Shown here: in pieces, positions 1 to 9,835 of the stretch
Layout: the number at the start of each line of letters is the position of its first letter
Numbering within the stretch: the stretch's first letter is position 1
NCBI GenBank assembly: GCA_038207335.1
Contig: JBBQZX010000025.1
Location: forward strand, 25,772 to 89,771
Direction of reading: 5' to 3'
Length of the DNA: 64,000 nt
Origin: Chthoniobacterales bacterium
GTDB taxonomy: Bacteria > Verrucomicrobiota > Verrucomicrobiia > Chthoniobacterales > Chthoniobacteraceae
Position numbers and translations under genes: made by a program
The notes under the pieces: model-generated
The model's input: the letters and a program-made list of their open reading frames with translations, nothing else
Databases searched by the model: none
What the model was told of the DNA's origin: nothing

Positions 1-729
1 GTCTCTGTCGCATTCGCCAGCGCCGCCGAGCCGGAAATTTCCGCGGCTGAGCTTGCCGGCCGGCTCGCCGCAAAGCAGCAGGACGGCTCCTCGCTCATCC
101 ACTTGAAAATGGACAACTCGGGCGCGGCGGGGGGCACGCTTCAGCTTCAGATCAAGTCTCGCTCAACCCCCGGAGGCGCCGAGCTCGTCTATCAAGTCCT
201 CTGGCCAAAGGAGCGCAAAGGCGAAGCCGTCCTCTTGCGCCGCTCCGAAAATCAGGCGGCGACCGGCGCGGTCTTCACCCCGCGCGGTGGGGTACAGGGC
301 CTCGGCCCAAAGCGAATCGACGAACCGCTCTTCGGCAGCGCATTGTCCTACGAGGACGCGATCGAGAACTTCTTCGCGTGGGGCCAGCAGGCGATCGCCG
401 GTATGGAAACTGTCGATCGCGTGCCGTGCCAAATCCTCGAGTCCAAACCCGGCCGCGGCGACCACTCCTACTACACCAGCGTCCGCACTTGGGTGGACAC
501 GCGCCGCATGGTCCCGCTCCGCGTGGAGAAATACGCGCGCTCCGACAAGCCCGTCCGCTGGATCGAAACCACGCGCGTCGCCAACGACGACAACGGCCGC
601 CCCGTCGCGGCGAACATCACAGTCCACGGTCCCGGCGGTGCCACCACCGACCTCGATGGCTCAAAAATCAAGCACGGCGCAACATTCACCGATGAGGAAT
701 TCACGCCCGATGGATTGAAAAATCCGTGA
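1..729 (+). CDS. Outer-membrane lipoprotein-sorting (LolA-like) protein, 5' end outside window
   Basis: Frame is open from base 1 (VSVAFASAAEPE..., the end of a signal peptide). The motifs LFGSALSYED, C.ILES.P and V.TWVD....PL.VEKY are typical of LolA-like sorting proteins. Confidence 0.65.
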   Translation, partial: VSVAFASAAEPEISAAELAGRLAAKQQDGSSLIHLKMDNSGAAGGTLQLQIKSRSTPGGAELVYQVLWPKERKGEAVLLRRSENQAATGAVFTPRGGVQGLGPKRIDEPLFGSALSYEDAIENFFAWGQQAIAGMETVDRVPCQILESKPGRGDHSYYTSVRTWVDTRRMVPLRVEKYARSDKPVRWIETTRVANDDNGRPVAANITVHGPGGATTDLDGSKIKHGATFTDEEFTPDGLKNP

Positions 730-803
730 GGCTGCCGCAACGCGGCGAATGCTCGTCGCTCTGAAAGAACCCCCCGCCCGTGTGGCTACTTCGGCGAAGC
801 CGT

Positions 804-1010
804 CTAGTTGCCGCCACCCTGAGACACCACATTCCCACCGCCTTGGGCGACGAAGATGACGCGGTCTCCGCGAGCGGGAGGACTCCGACGCCGTTGGTCA
901 GTGCGAAGCCGTCGGTGACGGCGATCATCACGCCGTGCGAGGAAACGCTCAGGCTGTTCGTAGGACCGTCGAGGTCGGTGTGATTGTGGCCGGAGATTGC
1001 GCCGCCGATG
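804..1010 (-). pseudogene. Degraded fragment of a Gly-rich exported protein
   Basis: Coding-like text is split over two frames (...LSVSSHGVMIAVTDGFALTNGVGVLPLA / GDRVIFVAQGGGNVVSQGGGN*). There is no credible start. Confidence 0.3.
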
Positions 1011-1122
1011 CCGTAGGAAAGACGCCGAGGCTTTCCCCGCCCAACCAACGTAATTGCCGGACCGCACGTTGGTGGAGAGCACGCGCGCGACCGCGGAAGC
1101 CGCGTTATGGGCGGAAACATAG

Positions 1123-1392
1123 GAAGGGGCGGTCTTCGATGGTAAAGGCGTCGAAATCGAGCCCCCGGCGACACTGCGCTCCCTCGGGTTGACCGCACGC
1201 GAGGCGGAAGTGCTTCATTGGATGACCGAAGCCGAGAGCAACGGAGACATCGCCAAAATCCTCGGCATCAGCATCCGCACCGCTGAAAAACACGCGGAGC
1301 GGATCTTCGCCAAGGTCGGCGCGGAGAGCGGGCAAGCCGCGCTTTTGCACGTGGCTTGCCTTTCCACGGGAGTGGCACTACGGCATCGATGA
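1123..1392 (+). pseudogene. LuxR-type HTH regulator, C-terminal remnant
   Basis: LGLTAREAEVLHWMTEAESNGDIAKILGISIRTAEKHAERIFAKVG is a LuxR HTH. An in-frame TAG at 1120-1122 cuts off any sensor domain. Confidence 0.65.
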
Positions 1393-1525
1393 AAGGATGC
1401 GCTGAGAACGCTCGCCGTAGCCTTTACCGAAGCCGCCCGGCGATCGAGGCTCACGACGCGCGTCTCTGCGAGAACGAAGCCGTGGGGTTCCGAAGTTTAA
1501 CTGCCGTTGGAAACTCAGATCTAGC

Positions 1526-3241
1526 CTAGTGGTCTTCCGCGGTCATGCGGAGGACTTCTTCGAGGGTGGTGATGCCTTGGCGCGCTTTGTCGATGCCGAC
1601 CATGCGGAGGGTTCTCATGCCTTCGGCGACGGCTTGGTTTTTGATGACGGCGGCGCTGGCTCGTTTGACGATGAGGCGGCGAATGGCTTCGGAGATGGGG
1701 AGCACCTCGATGATGGCGGCACGGCCGATGTAGCCGCGTTTTTTGCACCGCTCGCAGCCGACGCCGTGGTAGAAGACGGCGCTTTCGTCATGCTCCATCT
1801 CGAGTTTTTCGAGAAGTTCGGCTTCGGGGACGAATTCGTCGCGGCAGTTCGGGCAGATGCGGCGGACGAGACGCTGGGCGCAGGTGAGGAGGATGGAGGA
1901 GGAGATGAGGAAAGGCTCGATGCCCATATCATCCAGCCGGGTGATGGCGCCGGCCGCGTCATTCGTGTGGAGGGTGGAGAGAACTTGGTGGCCGGTGAGT
2001 GCGGCTTTGACGGCGATGTCTGCGGTTTCGTTGTCGCGAATCTCGCCGACCATGACGATGTCTGGATCCTGCCGGAGGATGGAGCGAAGGGCGTCGGCAA
2101 AGCCGAGGCCAATGTCGGCTTTGACGGCGACTTGGTTGATGCCCTGGAGCTGGTATTCGATGGGGTCCTCAACGGTGACGATGTTGTACTCGGGGCTGTT
2201 GAGCTCGCTGAGGACGGAGTAAAGGGTGGTGGTCTTGCCGGAGCCGGTGGGGCCGGTGACGAGGATCATGCCGTGGGGGGCATCGACGGCTTTTTTGAAG
2301 GTGCCGAGGGTGTAGTCGTCCATGCCGAGCTGGTCGATGCTGCCGCTGAGTGCGCCTTTATCGAGGAGTCGGATGACGATTTTCTCGCCGTGAATGGTGG
2401 GCAGGATGGAGATACGGAGATCGACCTCTTTTCCCGAGACGCGGATGCGGAAGCGGCCGTCCTGCGGGAGGCGACGCTCTGCGATGTCGAGGCCGGCGAG
2501 GATTTTGATGCGCGATGCGATGGGCATCTGGAGGGCCTTGGGGGGACTGCTTGCTTCGATGAGGTTACCATCGACGCGATACCGCAGCTTGAGCATTTTC
2601 TCAAAGGGCTCGATGTGAATGTCGGAGGCTTTTTCCTTGAGCGCTTGGACTAGGATGAGGTTGACGATCTTGACGACAGGGGCGTCTTCGCTTTCGACTG
2701 CGAGGCGGTCGAGGTCGATTTCTTCGCGGTTGTGTTTGACCTCCTCGACGGTGTCGGCGACCTGCTGCGCGGCGCTGCGCAGGACCATATCCATCTGACT
2801 GCTGGAGGAGCCGACGCCGCTGAGGGCCTCCATGACACTTCGCTCGGTCGTGATCATGGGGATGATCTCGAGCTTTGTGCGCTGACGGAGGTCGTCGAGG
2901 GCGAGGACGTTCAGCGGGTCCGCCATCGCCACGAAGAGCTTGTTCCCGAGGCGACAGACGGGAGCGAGCTTGTAGGCGCGCGCCATGTCTTTGGGGACGA
3001 GCTCGATGACTTCTTCGGGGATCCGAAGTTTGGAGAGATTGATCGGCGGCGTATCGAGGCAGCGGCCCATGGAGATAACCATGTCCTGCTCGGTGACGTA
3101 CTGCTTGTCGGTGAGCAGCTTGAGAAGCCGTCCACCTTGCTTTTTCTGAATTTCGACGGCTTCGGCGAGTTGAGCCGGGAGAAGGAGGCCGTCTTCGATC
3201 AGAACGTCGGCGATGCGTTCGCCAAAAGATTTAATGCTCAT
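1526..3241 (-). CDS. pilB: Type IV pilus assembly/T2SS ATPase (PilB/GspE family)
   Basis: Walker A GPTGSGKTTTLY, TVEDPIE, LRQDPDIVMVGEIRD, LTGHQVLSTLHTND, two CxxC zinc pairs and an N-terminal MshEN-like segment. Confidence 0.9.
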   Translation of the reverse strand: MSIKSFGERIADVLIEDGLLLPAQLAEAVEIQKKQGGRLLKLLTDKQYVTEQDMVISMGRCLDTPPINLSKLRIPEEVIELVPKDMARAYKLAPVCRLGNKLFVAMADPLNVLALDDLRQRTKLEIIPMITTERSVMEALSGVGSSSSQMDMVLRSAAQQVADTVEEVKHNREEIDLDRLAVESEDAPVVKIVNLILVQALKEKASDIHIEPFEKMLKLRYRVDGNLIEASSPPKALQMPIASRIKILAGLDIAERRLPQDGRFRIRVSGKEVDLRISILPTIHGEKIVIRLLDKGALSGSIDQLGMDDYTLGTFKKAVDAPHGMILVTGPTGSGKTTTLYSVLSELNSPEYNIVTVEDPIEYQLQGINQVAVKADIGLGFADALRSILRQDPDIVMVGEIRDNETADIAVKAALTGHQVLSTLHTNDAAGAITRLDDMGIEPFLISSSILLTCAQRLVRRICPNCRDEFVPEAELLEKLEMEHDESAVFYHGVGCERCKKRGYIGRAAIIEVLPISEAIRRLIVKRASAAVIKNQAVAEGMRTLRMVGIDKARQGITTLEEVLRMTAEDH

Positions 3242-4260
3242 TTTTCTGCGAGGCGGAGACCGCTGGAGCTAGACCCAGTGCTTTCCAGTGAATCGGACGG
3301 GAGACTAATGCGGAAAGTCTCGGCGAGAGCGCGGACGACGGCGCGCGGGCTGGCAAGGTGCCACTGGATGTTATAGTCGAGCATTTGCTGGACTGCGTCC
3401 TTGCCACGCGAGTCGAAGGGATTCGCGGTGGCGATCATAATGGTGCGGCTGATGACGTCGAATGGAACGATGAGGCGGCTGAACATGATGGCCTCGGGGA
3501 GCATTTTGACGACCTGTCGATCGACCTCGTAGTATTCGAGAGGGATGTAGGCGAATTTCGAGCGGTCGAGCATGCCCGAGAGGAGCGTCTCGAGATCGAC
3601 GGAGCCAAGGCGCACAAGTTCATCGAGGAGCGAGGCGGCGAATGTGCCTTCCGCGAGTCCGCGATTGTGACGCTGCACGCGGTCGCGGGCAGAGATGACT
3701 TGAGTTTCGTCGGCAAGCTTGTGCTGGATGAGAAATTTGGCGAGCGACTCGCTGCCGTCCTCGGTGAGGGAGGCCAGGAGGTCCTCGACTCGGGCGGGGC
3801 CGCTCGAACGCCGGGAATCGTGGCGGAGGGTCTGGGCCGTGGTGATGAGCGTGCCGCCGTCGCCAGCGACCTCGGTGGCTGCGGAGAAGCCCTGAAAGTC
3901 GAGATTAATGGCGATGGGGACTTCACCGTTGGGCGTACGGACCACGCCGGCCTTTTTCATGCGCTCCTCGACTTCGCCGAGGGAAGCCATCACCTCGGGA
4001 TTGTCGGGATCATGCTCCAGGACGCTCTCGAACTCGAGGACTGCCGAGGAGAAATGCCCGAGCTCCATGTAGGTCTCGCCCAGCCGCCGGGAGGTGGAGA
4101 GCATCTTGTCCATCTGGCCGAGGCGAAAGAAGGCGTCCTTCAGGATTTCCATCGACTGGCTGTCATTGGGATTTGCCTGCACGATGACCTCGAACATCTC
4201 GATGGTCTGGATGAGCTGCTCCTGCTCTTCCTTGGGCAGGGTCGATGGGCTGGAATTCAT
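3238..4260 (-). CDS. TPR + GspE/PilB N-terminal-like domain protein (no ATPase domain)
   Basis: TPR-like helices at the N-terminus. The C-terminal VVKMLPEAIMFSRLIVPFD...IATANPFD resembles the GSPII_N domain. Overlaps pilB by 4 nt (ATGA). Confidence 0.7.
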   Translation of the reverse strand: MNSSPSTLPKEEQEQLIQTIEMFEVIVQANPNDSQSMEILKDAFFRLGQMDKMLSTSRRLGETYMELGHFSSAVLEFESVLEHDPDNPEVMASLGEVEERMKKAGVVRTPNGEVPIAINLDFQGFSAATEVAGDGGTLITTAQTLRHDSRRSSGPARVEDLLASLTEDGSESLAKFLIQHKLADETQVISARDRVQRHNRGLAEGTFAASLLDELVRLGSVDLETLLSGMLDRSKFAYIPLEYYEVDRQVVKMLPEAIMFSRLIVPFDVISRTIMIATANPFDSRGKDAVQQMLDYNIQWHLASPRAVVRALAETFRISLPSDSLESTGSSSSGLRLAEK

Positions 4261-4364
4261 GGGCTGGAGAAAGGGTTAGCCAATCTCGTGCCCACAGGGG
4301 GTAGTTCCTGAAATTGAGAGGGAATTTTTCCACGCGAACGCAACGAATCGGGCTGAGAAAATAA

Positions 4365-4393
4365 TTGCACCAAGTGAGCCGCACACCTATATC
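4365..4393 (+). promoter_or_regulatory. Sigma70-like promoter of the his/trp leader
   Basis: TTGCAC (4365-4370), 17 nt spacer, TATATC (4388-4393). The predicted start site coincides with the GTG at 4400. Confidence 0.55.
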
Positions 4394-4399
4394 CGGCGC

Positions 4400-4429
4400 G
4401 TGAAATTTCTGCATCGGTGGCAAATCTGA
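4400..4429 (+). CDS. Putative attenuator leader peptide MKFLHRWQI
   Basis: GTG AAA TTT CTG CAT CGG TGG CAA ATC TGA. The His and Trp codons lie in the segment that pairs with 4467-4477, directly upstream of hisI-trpE-trpG. Confidence 0.6.
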   Translation: MKFLHRWQI

Positions 4430-4488
4430 CGGGCTCGGGCCTGCTCTCGCGAGCGGCCCGGTCGTCGCCACCCGTGCGCCGAATCAAC

Positions 4489-4526
4489 GCCCGATGCCCC
4501 CCGCTGGAGCATCGGGCTTTTTCTTT
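4489..4526 (+). terminator. Intrinsic terminator (attenuator) in the hisI-trpE-trpG leader
   Basis: Perfect 9-bp stem GCCCGATGC (4489-4497)/GCATCGGGC (4509-4517) followed by TTTTTCTTT, 24 nt before the hisI ATG. Confidence 0.8.
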
Positions 4527-4550
4527 CCACCGCTCCCTCACCTTCAACCC

Positions 4551-4931
4551 ATGACTCCGACTTTAAAATACAACTCCGACGGCCTCATCCCCGCGATCGT
4601 GCAGGACGCGACGACCGGACGCGTGCTGATGATGGCGTGGATGAACGAAAGCTCGCTGCAATCGACGCTGGAAAGCGGGCTGATGCACTACTGGAGCCGC
4701 TCGCGGCAAAAATACTGGCTCAAAGGTGAGACGAGCGGACACACACAGCGGGTCGTGCGCTGGTCGTCGGACTGCGATGCGGACACGCTTCTCTTTGAAG
4801 TCGAGCAGCACGGCGGTGCCTGTCACACCGGCTTCGAGAGCTGTTTCTTCCAGACATATCTGCCCGACGGCACGCCGCTGCCGATCGCCGAGGAAAAAAT
4901 CTTCGACCCCGAGAAAACTTACGCCGGATGA
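4551..4931 (+). CDS. hisI: Phosphoribosyl-AMP cyclohydrolase
   Basis: [45 protein letters not shown]. Confidence 0.95.
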   Translation: MTPTLKYNSDGLIPAIVQDATTGRVLMMAWMNESSLQSTLESGLMHYWSRSRQKYWLKGETSGHTQRVVRWSSDCDADTLLFEVEQHGGACHTGFESCFFQTYLPDGTPLPIAEEKIFDPEKTYAG

Positions 4932-6436
4932 ACGCACCTATTCCTATCAAGCCGAGCCTCGCGGAATTCCGCGAACTCGCACAGCAGGGCAATTTGATCC
5001 CGGTTCACACAGAGTTGATTGCCGATGCCGAGATGCCCGTGTCGGCGTTTCAGAAAGTCGAGCACGGCAGCTTTTCGTTCCTGTTCGAGTCGGTGGAAAA
5101 GAGCGATCAGGCAGGCCGCTACTCTTTCGTCGGCACCGCCCCACGCGTCACGTTCGAGACCCGCGGACGCACCATTCGCATCACCGAAAACGGATCGGTG
5201 CGCGAATTCGAGACCGCGACCGATCCGCTTTACGAGCTGGAAACGCTTATGCAGCGTTACCGTTATGTCCCCTCGCCCGCGCTCGCCGATGCGCGCTTTG
5301 CCGGCGGCGCCGTCGGCTATCTCGGCTACGATGTCGTTCGCTTTTTCGAGCCAACGATTCCCGCCGCGCCACCGGATCATCTCAAGCTACCAGAGAGCTT
5401 TTTCTTCCTCGCAGAAACGCTGATCATTTTCGACCACCGCACGCGGCGACTGCGCATCGTCTCGAATGCCTTTGTCGAAGCCGACGCGGACGACGCCTAT
5501 GCCGCTGCGGTCGCGCAAATCGAAATGGTGGTCGCGAAGCTCGTACAACCTGCGCATCTACCCGCCATTTTTGCGAATCGAGATCTCAGCGAGCGCGATA
5601 ATTATTCGTTTCACGGAAACACGGAGCCCGCTGAATACCAACAGATGGTCCGCGAAGGTCAGGAGTTCATCCGCGCGGGCGACGTATTCCAGTTCGTCCC
5701 GTCACAGCGATTTCAGACCGACTACACCGGCGATCCGCTCACGCTCTACCGCACGCTGCGTTACGTGAATCCGTCGCCCTACATGTTCTGCCTGAAGTTT
5801 GCCGGCTTCGCGCTCGTCGGCAGTTCGCCTGAAGTCCACGTCCGTTCCATCAATGGCCGCATCGACATTCGCCCCATTGCCGGCACCCGCCGCCGCGGAG
5901 CCGACGACGCCGCGGACGAAGCGAACGCCGAGGAGCTTCTCGCCGATCCGAAAGAACGCGCCGAGCATCTCATGCTCGTCGATCTCGCGCGCAACGACGT
6001 CGGTCGCGCGGCGGAGTTCGGCAGCGTGAAAGTCAGCGACTTCATGACGATCGAGAAATACAGCCACGTCATGCACATCGTCTCCAACGTCCACGGCACC
6101 TTGCGCCCCGACCGCACGGCTTACGACGTGATGCGCGCGACCTTCCCCGCCGGCACCGTGAGCGGCTCGCCGAAAGTGCGCGCGATGCAAATCATCAACC
6201 AACTCGAAAAGAGCAAACGCGGCGTCTACGCCGGTGCTGTCGGCTACTTCGGCTTCGACGGAAACAGCGACTCGTGCATCGCGCTGCGCACTGTCGTTTT
6301 GAAAGACGGACAAGCCTACGTCCAGGCAGGTGCTGGAATCGTCGCCGACTCCGTCCCTGCTTCCGAAGATCAGGAATGCCGCAACAAAGCCATGGCCATG
6401 ATGGACGCCATCGCCCTCGCCAAACAAATCCGCTAA
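4928..6436 (+). CDS. trpE: Anthranilate synthase component I
   Basis: [58 protein letters not shown]. Overlaps hisI by 4 nt. Confidence 0.95.
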   Translation: MNAPIPIKPSLAEFRELAQQGNLIPVHTELIADAEMPVSAFQKVEHGSFSFLFESVEKSDQAGRYSFVGTAPRVTFETRGRTIRITENGSVREFETATDPLYELETLMQRYRYVPSPALADARFAGGAVGYLGYDVVRFFEPTIPAAPPDHLKLPESFFFLAETLIIFDHRTRRLRIVSNAFVEADADDAYAAAVAQIEMVVAKLVQPAHLPAIFANRDLSERDNYSFHGNTEPAEYQQMVREGQEFIRAGDVFQFVPSQRFQTDYTGDPLTLYRTLRYVNPSPYMFCLKFAGFALVGSSPEVHVRSINGRIDIRPIAGTRRRGADDAADEANAEELLADPKERAEHLMLVDLARNDVGRAAEFGSVKVSDFMTIEKYSHVMHIVSNVHGTLRPDRTAYDVMRATFPAGTVSGSPKVRAMQIINQLEKSKRGVYAGAVGYFGFDGNSDSCIALRTVVLKDGQAYVQAGAGIVADSVPASEDQECRNKAMAMMDAIALAKQIR

Positions 6437-6445
6437 CCCGCCGCC

Positions 6446-7009
6446 ATGCTCCTCGTCATCGATAACTACGACTCGTTCACCTACAATCTCGTCCAGTATT
6501 TCGGCGAGCTTGGCGCGGAGCTTTTGGTGAAAAGGAACGACGAAATCACACTCGACGAAATCGCCACGCTAAAGCCCGAGCGCATCGTCATCTCACCCGG
6601 GCCATGCACGCCAAATGAAGCCGGCATCAGCAACGACGTGATCCGTCGTTTCGGCGCGACTACACCCCTTCTCGGCGTCTGCCTCGGGCATCAGTGCATC
6701 GGACAGGTCTTCGGCGGCGAAGTCGTCCGCGCGGGCCGTCTCATGCACGGCAAAACCTCACCCATTCAGCACCGCGGAGAAGGCGTCTTCGCAGGCCTGC
6801 CGAGTCCCTTCGAGGCCACTCGCTACCACTCGCTCCTCGTCAGCCGCGAGAGTTTCCCCGACGCCCTTGCCATCACCGCCGAGACTGCGGAAGGCGAAAT
6901 CATGGGCTTGCGTCACAAAGAAATGCCAATCCACGGCGTGCAATTTCACCCTGAGTCCATCCTCACCCTCGAAGGCAAACGCCTCCTGCAAAACTTCCTC
7001 CGTCTGTAG
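6446..7009 (+). CDS. trpG: Anthranilate/aminodeoxychorismate synthase glutamine amidotransferase subunit
   Basis: [36 protein letters not shown]. Confidence 0.93.
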   Translation: MLLVIDNYDSFTYNLVQYFGELGAELLVKRNDEITLDEIATLKPERIVISPGPCTPNEAGISNDVIRRFGATTPLLGVCLGHQCIGQVFGGEVVRAGRLMHGKTSPIQHRGEGVFAGLPSPFEATRYHSLLVSRESFPDALAITAETAEGEIMGLRHKEMPIHGVQFHPESILTLEGKRLLQNFLRL

Positions 7010-7011
7010 CG

Positions 7012-7629
7012 TCAGAGTCCGCCCGCCTGCGCCAGCACCGCGACTCGATCGGCCACCACGCGCACCTCCACCGGCGCGCCCATCTCGCGCTCCATGCTCG
7101 TCATCTCCACCCCGACGATACCGCACGGCGTGATGTGTGAAAATGGCGCAAGATCGCCGCAGACATTCAGCGCGAAGCCGTGCATCGAAATCCAGCGCCG
7201 CACCCCCACCCCGATCGAAGCGATTTTCCGCTCGCCGACCCAGACACCCGTGAACCCCTCGCGCCGCAAGCCGGCAACTCCAAAACTATCCATCGCCTCG
7301 ATCAAGAGCCCTTCCAACCGCCGCATGTAGCGGTGCAAATCCTGCCCACGCGACCGCAAATCCAAAATCGGATACCCCACCAACTGCCCCGGCCCATGAT
7401 AAGTCCCCTGCCCGCCCCGGCTGATCTCCACGAGCGGATGCGGCAGCGCCGCCACATCCCCGAGGCTCGTCCGGTCCGGTCCCCGCCCGATCGTGTAAAC
7501 CGGCTCGTGCTCCAGCAGCAACAGCTCTTCGTCCGCCCCCGGCTCCGCGATTTTCCGAGCCACTAACTCCTCCTGGAGTCCGAGCGCAGACTCGTACAGA
7601 ACGCGACCGAGCCAACGGACATTCAGCAT
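7012..7629 (-). CDS. lipB: Lipoyl(octanoyl) transferase
   Basis: LLLEHEPVYTIG, RGGQGTYHGPGQLVGYP, KIASIG, HGFALNV, ITPCGI. Confidence 0.95.
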   Translation of the reverse strand: MLNVRWLGRVLYESALGLQEELVARKIAEPGADEELLLLEHEPVYTIGRGPDRTSLGDVAALPHPLVEISRGGQGTYHGPGQLVGYPILDLRSRGQDLHRYMRRLEGLLIEAMDSFGVAGLRREGFTGVWVGERKIASIGVGVRRWISMHGFALNVCGDLAPFSHITPCGIVGVEMTSMEREMGAPVEVRVVADRVAVLAQAGGL

Positions 7630-7682
7630 AAAATTCCGACCATCGAGGAAATGAAATGCCGCATGAAGCGACCATCTTCACC

Positions 7683-7710
7683 TCCTAAATCCTAAATCCT
7701 AAACTCTAAA
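7683..7710. repeat. Short heptamer tandem repeat (TCCTAAA)x3
   Basis: tcctaaa tcctaaa tcctaaa ctctaaa between lipB and ruvC. Confidence 0.6.
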
Positions 7711-8209
7711 TTCGCTGCATTTCTCCAATCCCGCGCGCCGCCGTCTCTGCCGTTTGAAAATGTGTGATCCCGATTGCCAGCGCATCTGCCGCATCCGCCG
7801 CCGGCGTTTCCGTGAGCCCGAGTAGCGCACGCACCATGAAGCCGACCTGCGCCTTGTCCGCTCCGCCGCGTCCGACCACGGACTGCTTCACTCGCCGCGG
7901 CGCGTATTCATAAATCGGCAACCCGCGCCCCGCCGCCGCGAGCAGCGCCGCCCCGCGCGCCGTCCCGAGCGTGATCGCCGTCTTGTAGCTCTGCACAAAA
8001 ATCACCGCCTCGAAAGCCGCACACTCCGGCTCATATTCACGAAGCACCTCACTCACACGCTCGTGAATCGCCACGAGACAACCCGAAGGCAAAAGCTGCG
8101 CATGATTCTTGATCGTCCCATACGTCAGCGCGCGAATCTTCCCGCCCACTTTTTCCAGAACCGCATAGCCAGTTCCGCGGAGTGAAGGGTCAATCGCTAC
8201 GATGCGCAT
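7706..8209 (-). CDS. ruvC: Holliday junction resolvase
   Basis: IVAIDPSLRGTGYAV, AFEAVIF, EYAPRRVKQSVVGRGGADKAQV, DAADALAIGITH. Confidence 0.95.
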   Translation of the reverse strand: MRIVAIDPSLRGTGYAVLEKVGGKIRALTYGTIKNHAQLLPSGCLVAIHERVSEVLREYEPECAAFEAVIFVQSYKTAITLGTARGAALLAAAGRGLPIYEYAPRRVKQSVVGRGGADKAQVGFMVRALLGLTETPAADAADALAIGITHFQTAETAARGIGEMQRI

Positions 8210-8259
8210 TTCCGCGACCGTATGCGCTCGGAGTGAAAGTGGGAAGTTCGCGAGAAAGG

Positions 8260-8535
8260 CTACTCTCCCGCCTCCATCAAGTCATCCAGCACATCCAGCA
8301 TTGTCGGCGTGCAGGCCGACTCCGGGAGGTGCATCACCTCCGATCCGTGCTGGATTTTGTAGCTCTGCCGATCCGGCTGTCCCGGTTCCTGCACGCCCTT
8401 GAGCGCAGCGGCCGCGCGCAACACCTCATCGAGCCCAGCCATCACTTTCGGATCCAGCGCATCCATATCCACCGACGCGTGGGTGCGGATGTTCGCGAAG
8501 CCGCCGGAGCGTTCGATGTGAAGCATATTACCCAT
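8260..8535 (-). CDS. Emfourin-like inhibitor of protealysin-type proteases
   Basis: 91 aa with IERSGGFAN and QPDRQSYKI motifs. It lies directly downstream of a protealysin-like gene, the usual emfourin position. Confidence 0.75.
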   Translation of the reverse strand: MGNMLHIERSGGFANIRTHASVDMDALDPKVMAGLDEVLRAAAALKGVQEPGQPDRQSYKIQHGSEVMHLPESACTPTMLDVLDDLMEAGE

Positions 8536-8566
8536 CTTTTCGACTAGAAAAGCAGATAGAAGGACG

Positions 8567-8628
8567 CTCGCAAAGCCGCAAAGGCGCGATCGACTCTCCG
8601 ATCTTTGAACCTTCGCGTCTTTGCGAGC
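8567..8628. repeat. Intergenic palindromic (REP-like) element
   Basis: CTCGCAAAG-C-CGC-AAAGG ... CCTT-CGCG-T-CTTTGCGAG inverted repeat between the protease and inhibitor genes. Confidence 0.55.
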
Positions 8629-8637
8629 GAAACTCCT

Positions 8638-9756
8638 TCAGACAACGATGCCCACAAGATTCCACGCACGGCGAGTGAAGAGCAGTTCCATACTGCCCGC
8701 GCCGTAAAGCGTGCGCGCGCTCTCCAGCGTCTTGTCGGCAAAGTCCGCAAAGGTCGCCTGCGGCTTGTGCAGCTTTTGCAGCGCGTCGTACCAGATCGCG
8801 CCTGCCTTTTCCCAAGCCCGTCCGCCGAGATACTGGGCCAGCAGGTAGAAGCAATGGTTCGGAATTCCAGAGTTCGTGTGCACCCCGCCATTGTCATCTG
8901 GCGAAGAGATATAACCCCGCATGTGGTATGGCTGCGGATCGACTCCCAGCATCGGGTCATCGTAAGCCGTGCCCGGAGCGCGCATCGACCGAATCGCCTG
9001 CCCACGGATGCCTGGCGCAAGTATTCCCTCGCCCACGAGCCACGTCGCCTGATGCGCCTCCTGCCCCTTCTTGTATTGCTCCACGAGCACGCCGAAGACA
9101 TCGGCTAGGTGTTCGTTCAAAGCTCCTGCCTGATTTTGATACACCAACCCGCCGGAAAACTGCACCACACCATGAGTCAACTCATGCCCGATGACCGACA
9201 AAGAAAGCGTGAAGCGATTGAAAATCGTCCCATCGCCATCGCCATACGCCATCTGATTCCCGTCCCAATAGGCGTTGTCGAACTTTCGCCGAAGATGCAC
9301 GCTCGAGTTGATCTTCAATCCCAGTCCGTCGATGGAGTTGCGATTGAAAACATCGAGGTAGAATCGAAACGTGTCGCCTGCCCCGTCATAGGCTTCATCC
9401 ACAGCGACGTCGCCCGTCGGCTTGCCACCTTCTTTTCGTACTGAAGTCCCCGGCAAAGTCGCGCGGTTCTTCGCGTCGAAGACTTCGCGATTCGGCACCG
9501 ACTTCCGCGGCGCTGCCGGTGGCGCGGCGAGCACGCCTGCGAGCGGAGCGGCAGCCATCGCCTCCATCCGCTCTTCGCGATAGGCATGGGCATTCGCCTG
9601 CATTTCCGCGGCCATCGCTTTGACCTTCTTGTCACCGCGGAGTTTCATCGACTCCACCATATAAGGCGGAATGATGCATTGAATGGCCGACCGCCCGCCG
9701 AAGCAGCACGAACAGCCAAGCCGATGGAGATTTGAAGTAAATGTTCTAGCTTTCAT
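8638..9756 (-). CDS. Protealysin-like M4 metallopeptidase
   Basis: Short propeptide with CIIPPYM (PPL-type motif), NAYWDG, HELTH zinc motif, GALNEHLAD and DNGGVHTNSGIPN. Confidence 0.92.
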   Translation of the reverse strand: MKARTFTSNLHRLGCSCCFGGRSAIQCIIPPYMVESMKLRGDKKVKAMAAEMQANAHAYREERMEAMAAAPLAGVLAAPPAAPRKSVPNREVFDAKNRATLPGTSVRKEGGKPTGDVAVDEAYDGAGDTFRFYLDVFNRNSIDGLGLKINSSVHLRRKFDNAYWDGNQMAYGDGDGTIFNRFTLSLSVIGHELTHGVVQFSGGLVYQNQAGALNEHLADVFGVLVEQYKKGQEAHQATWLVGEGILAPGIRGQAIRSMRAPGTAYDDPMLGVDPQPYHMRGYISSPDDNGGVHTNSGIPNHCFYLLAQYLGGRAWEKAGAIWYDALQKLHKPQATFADFADKTLESARTLYGAGSMELLFTRRAWNLVGIVV

Positions 9757-9835
9757 TTTGATGTGTTTGTTGAGTCGTGGTTACTAGCATTCTGTTTCTG
9801 TGTCTTGATTTGGTTCTTTTGCATCACGGTGATCT

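Noticed and set aside
4400..4530. T-box or metabolite riboswitch explanation for the his/trp leader
   Set aside because: It is too short for a T-box and has no UGGNACC bulge or recognisable aptamer. The leader-ORF model fits better.
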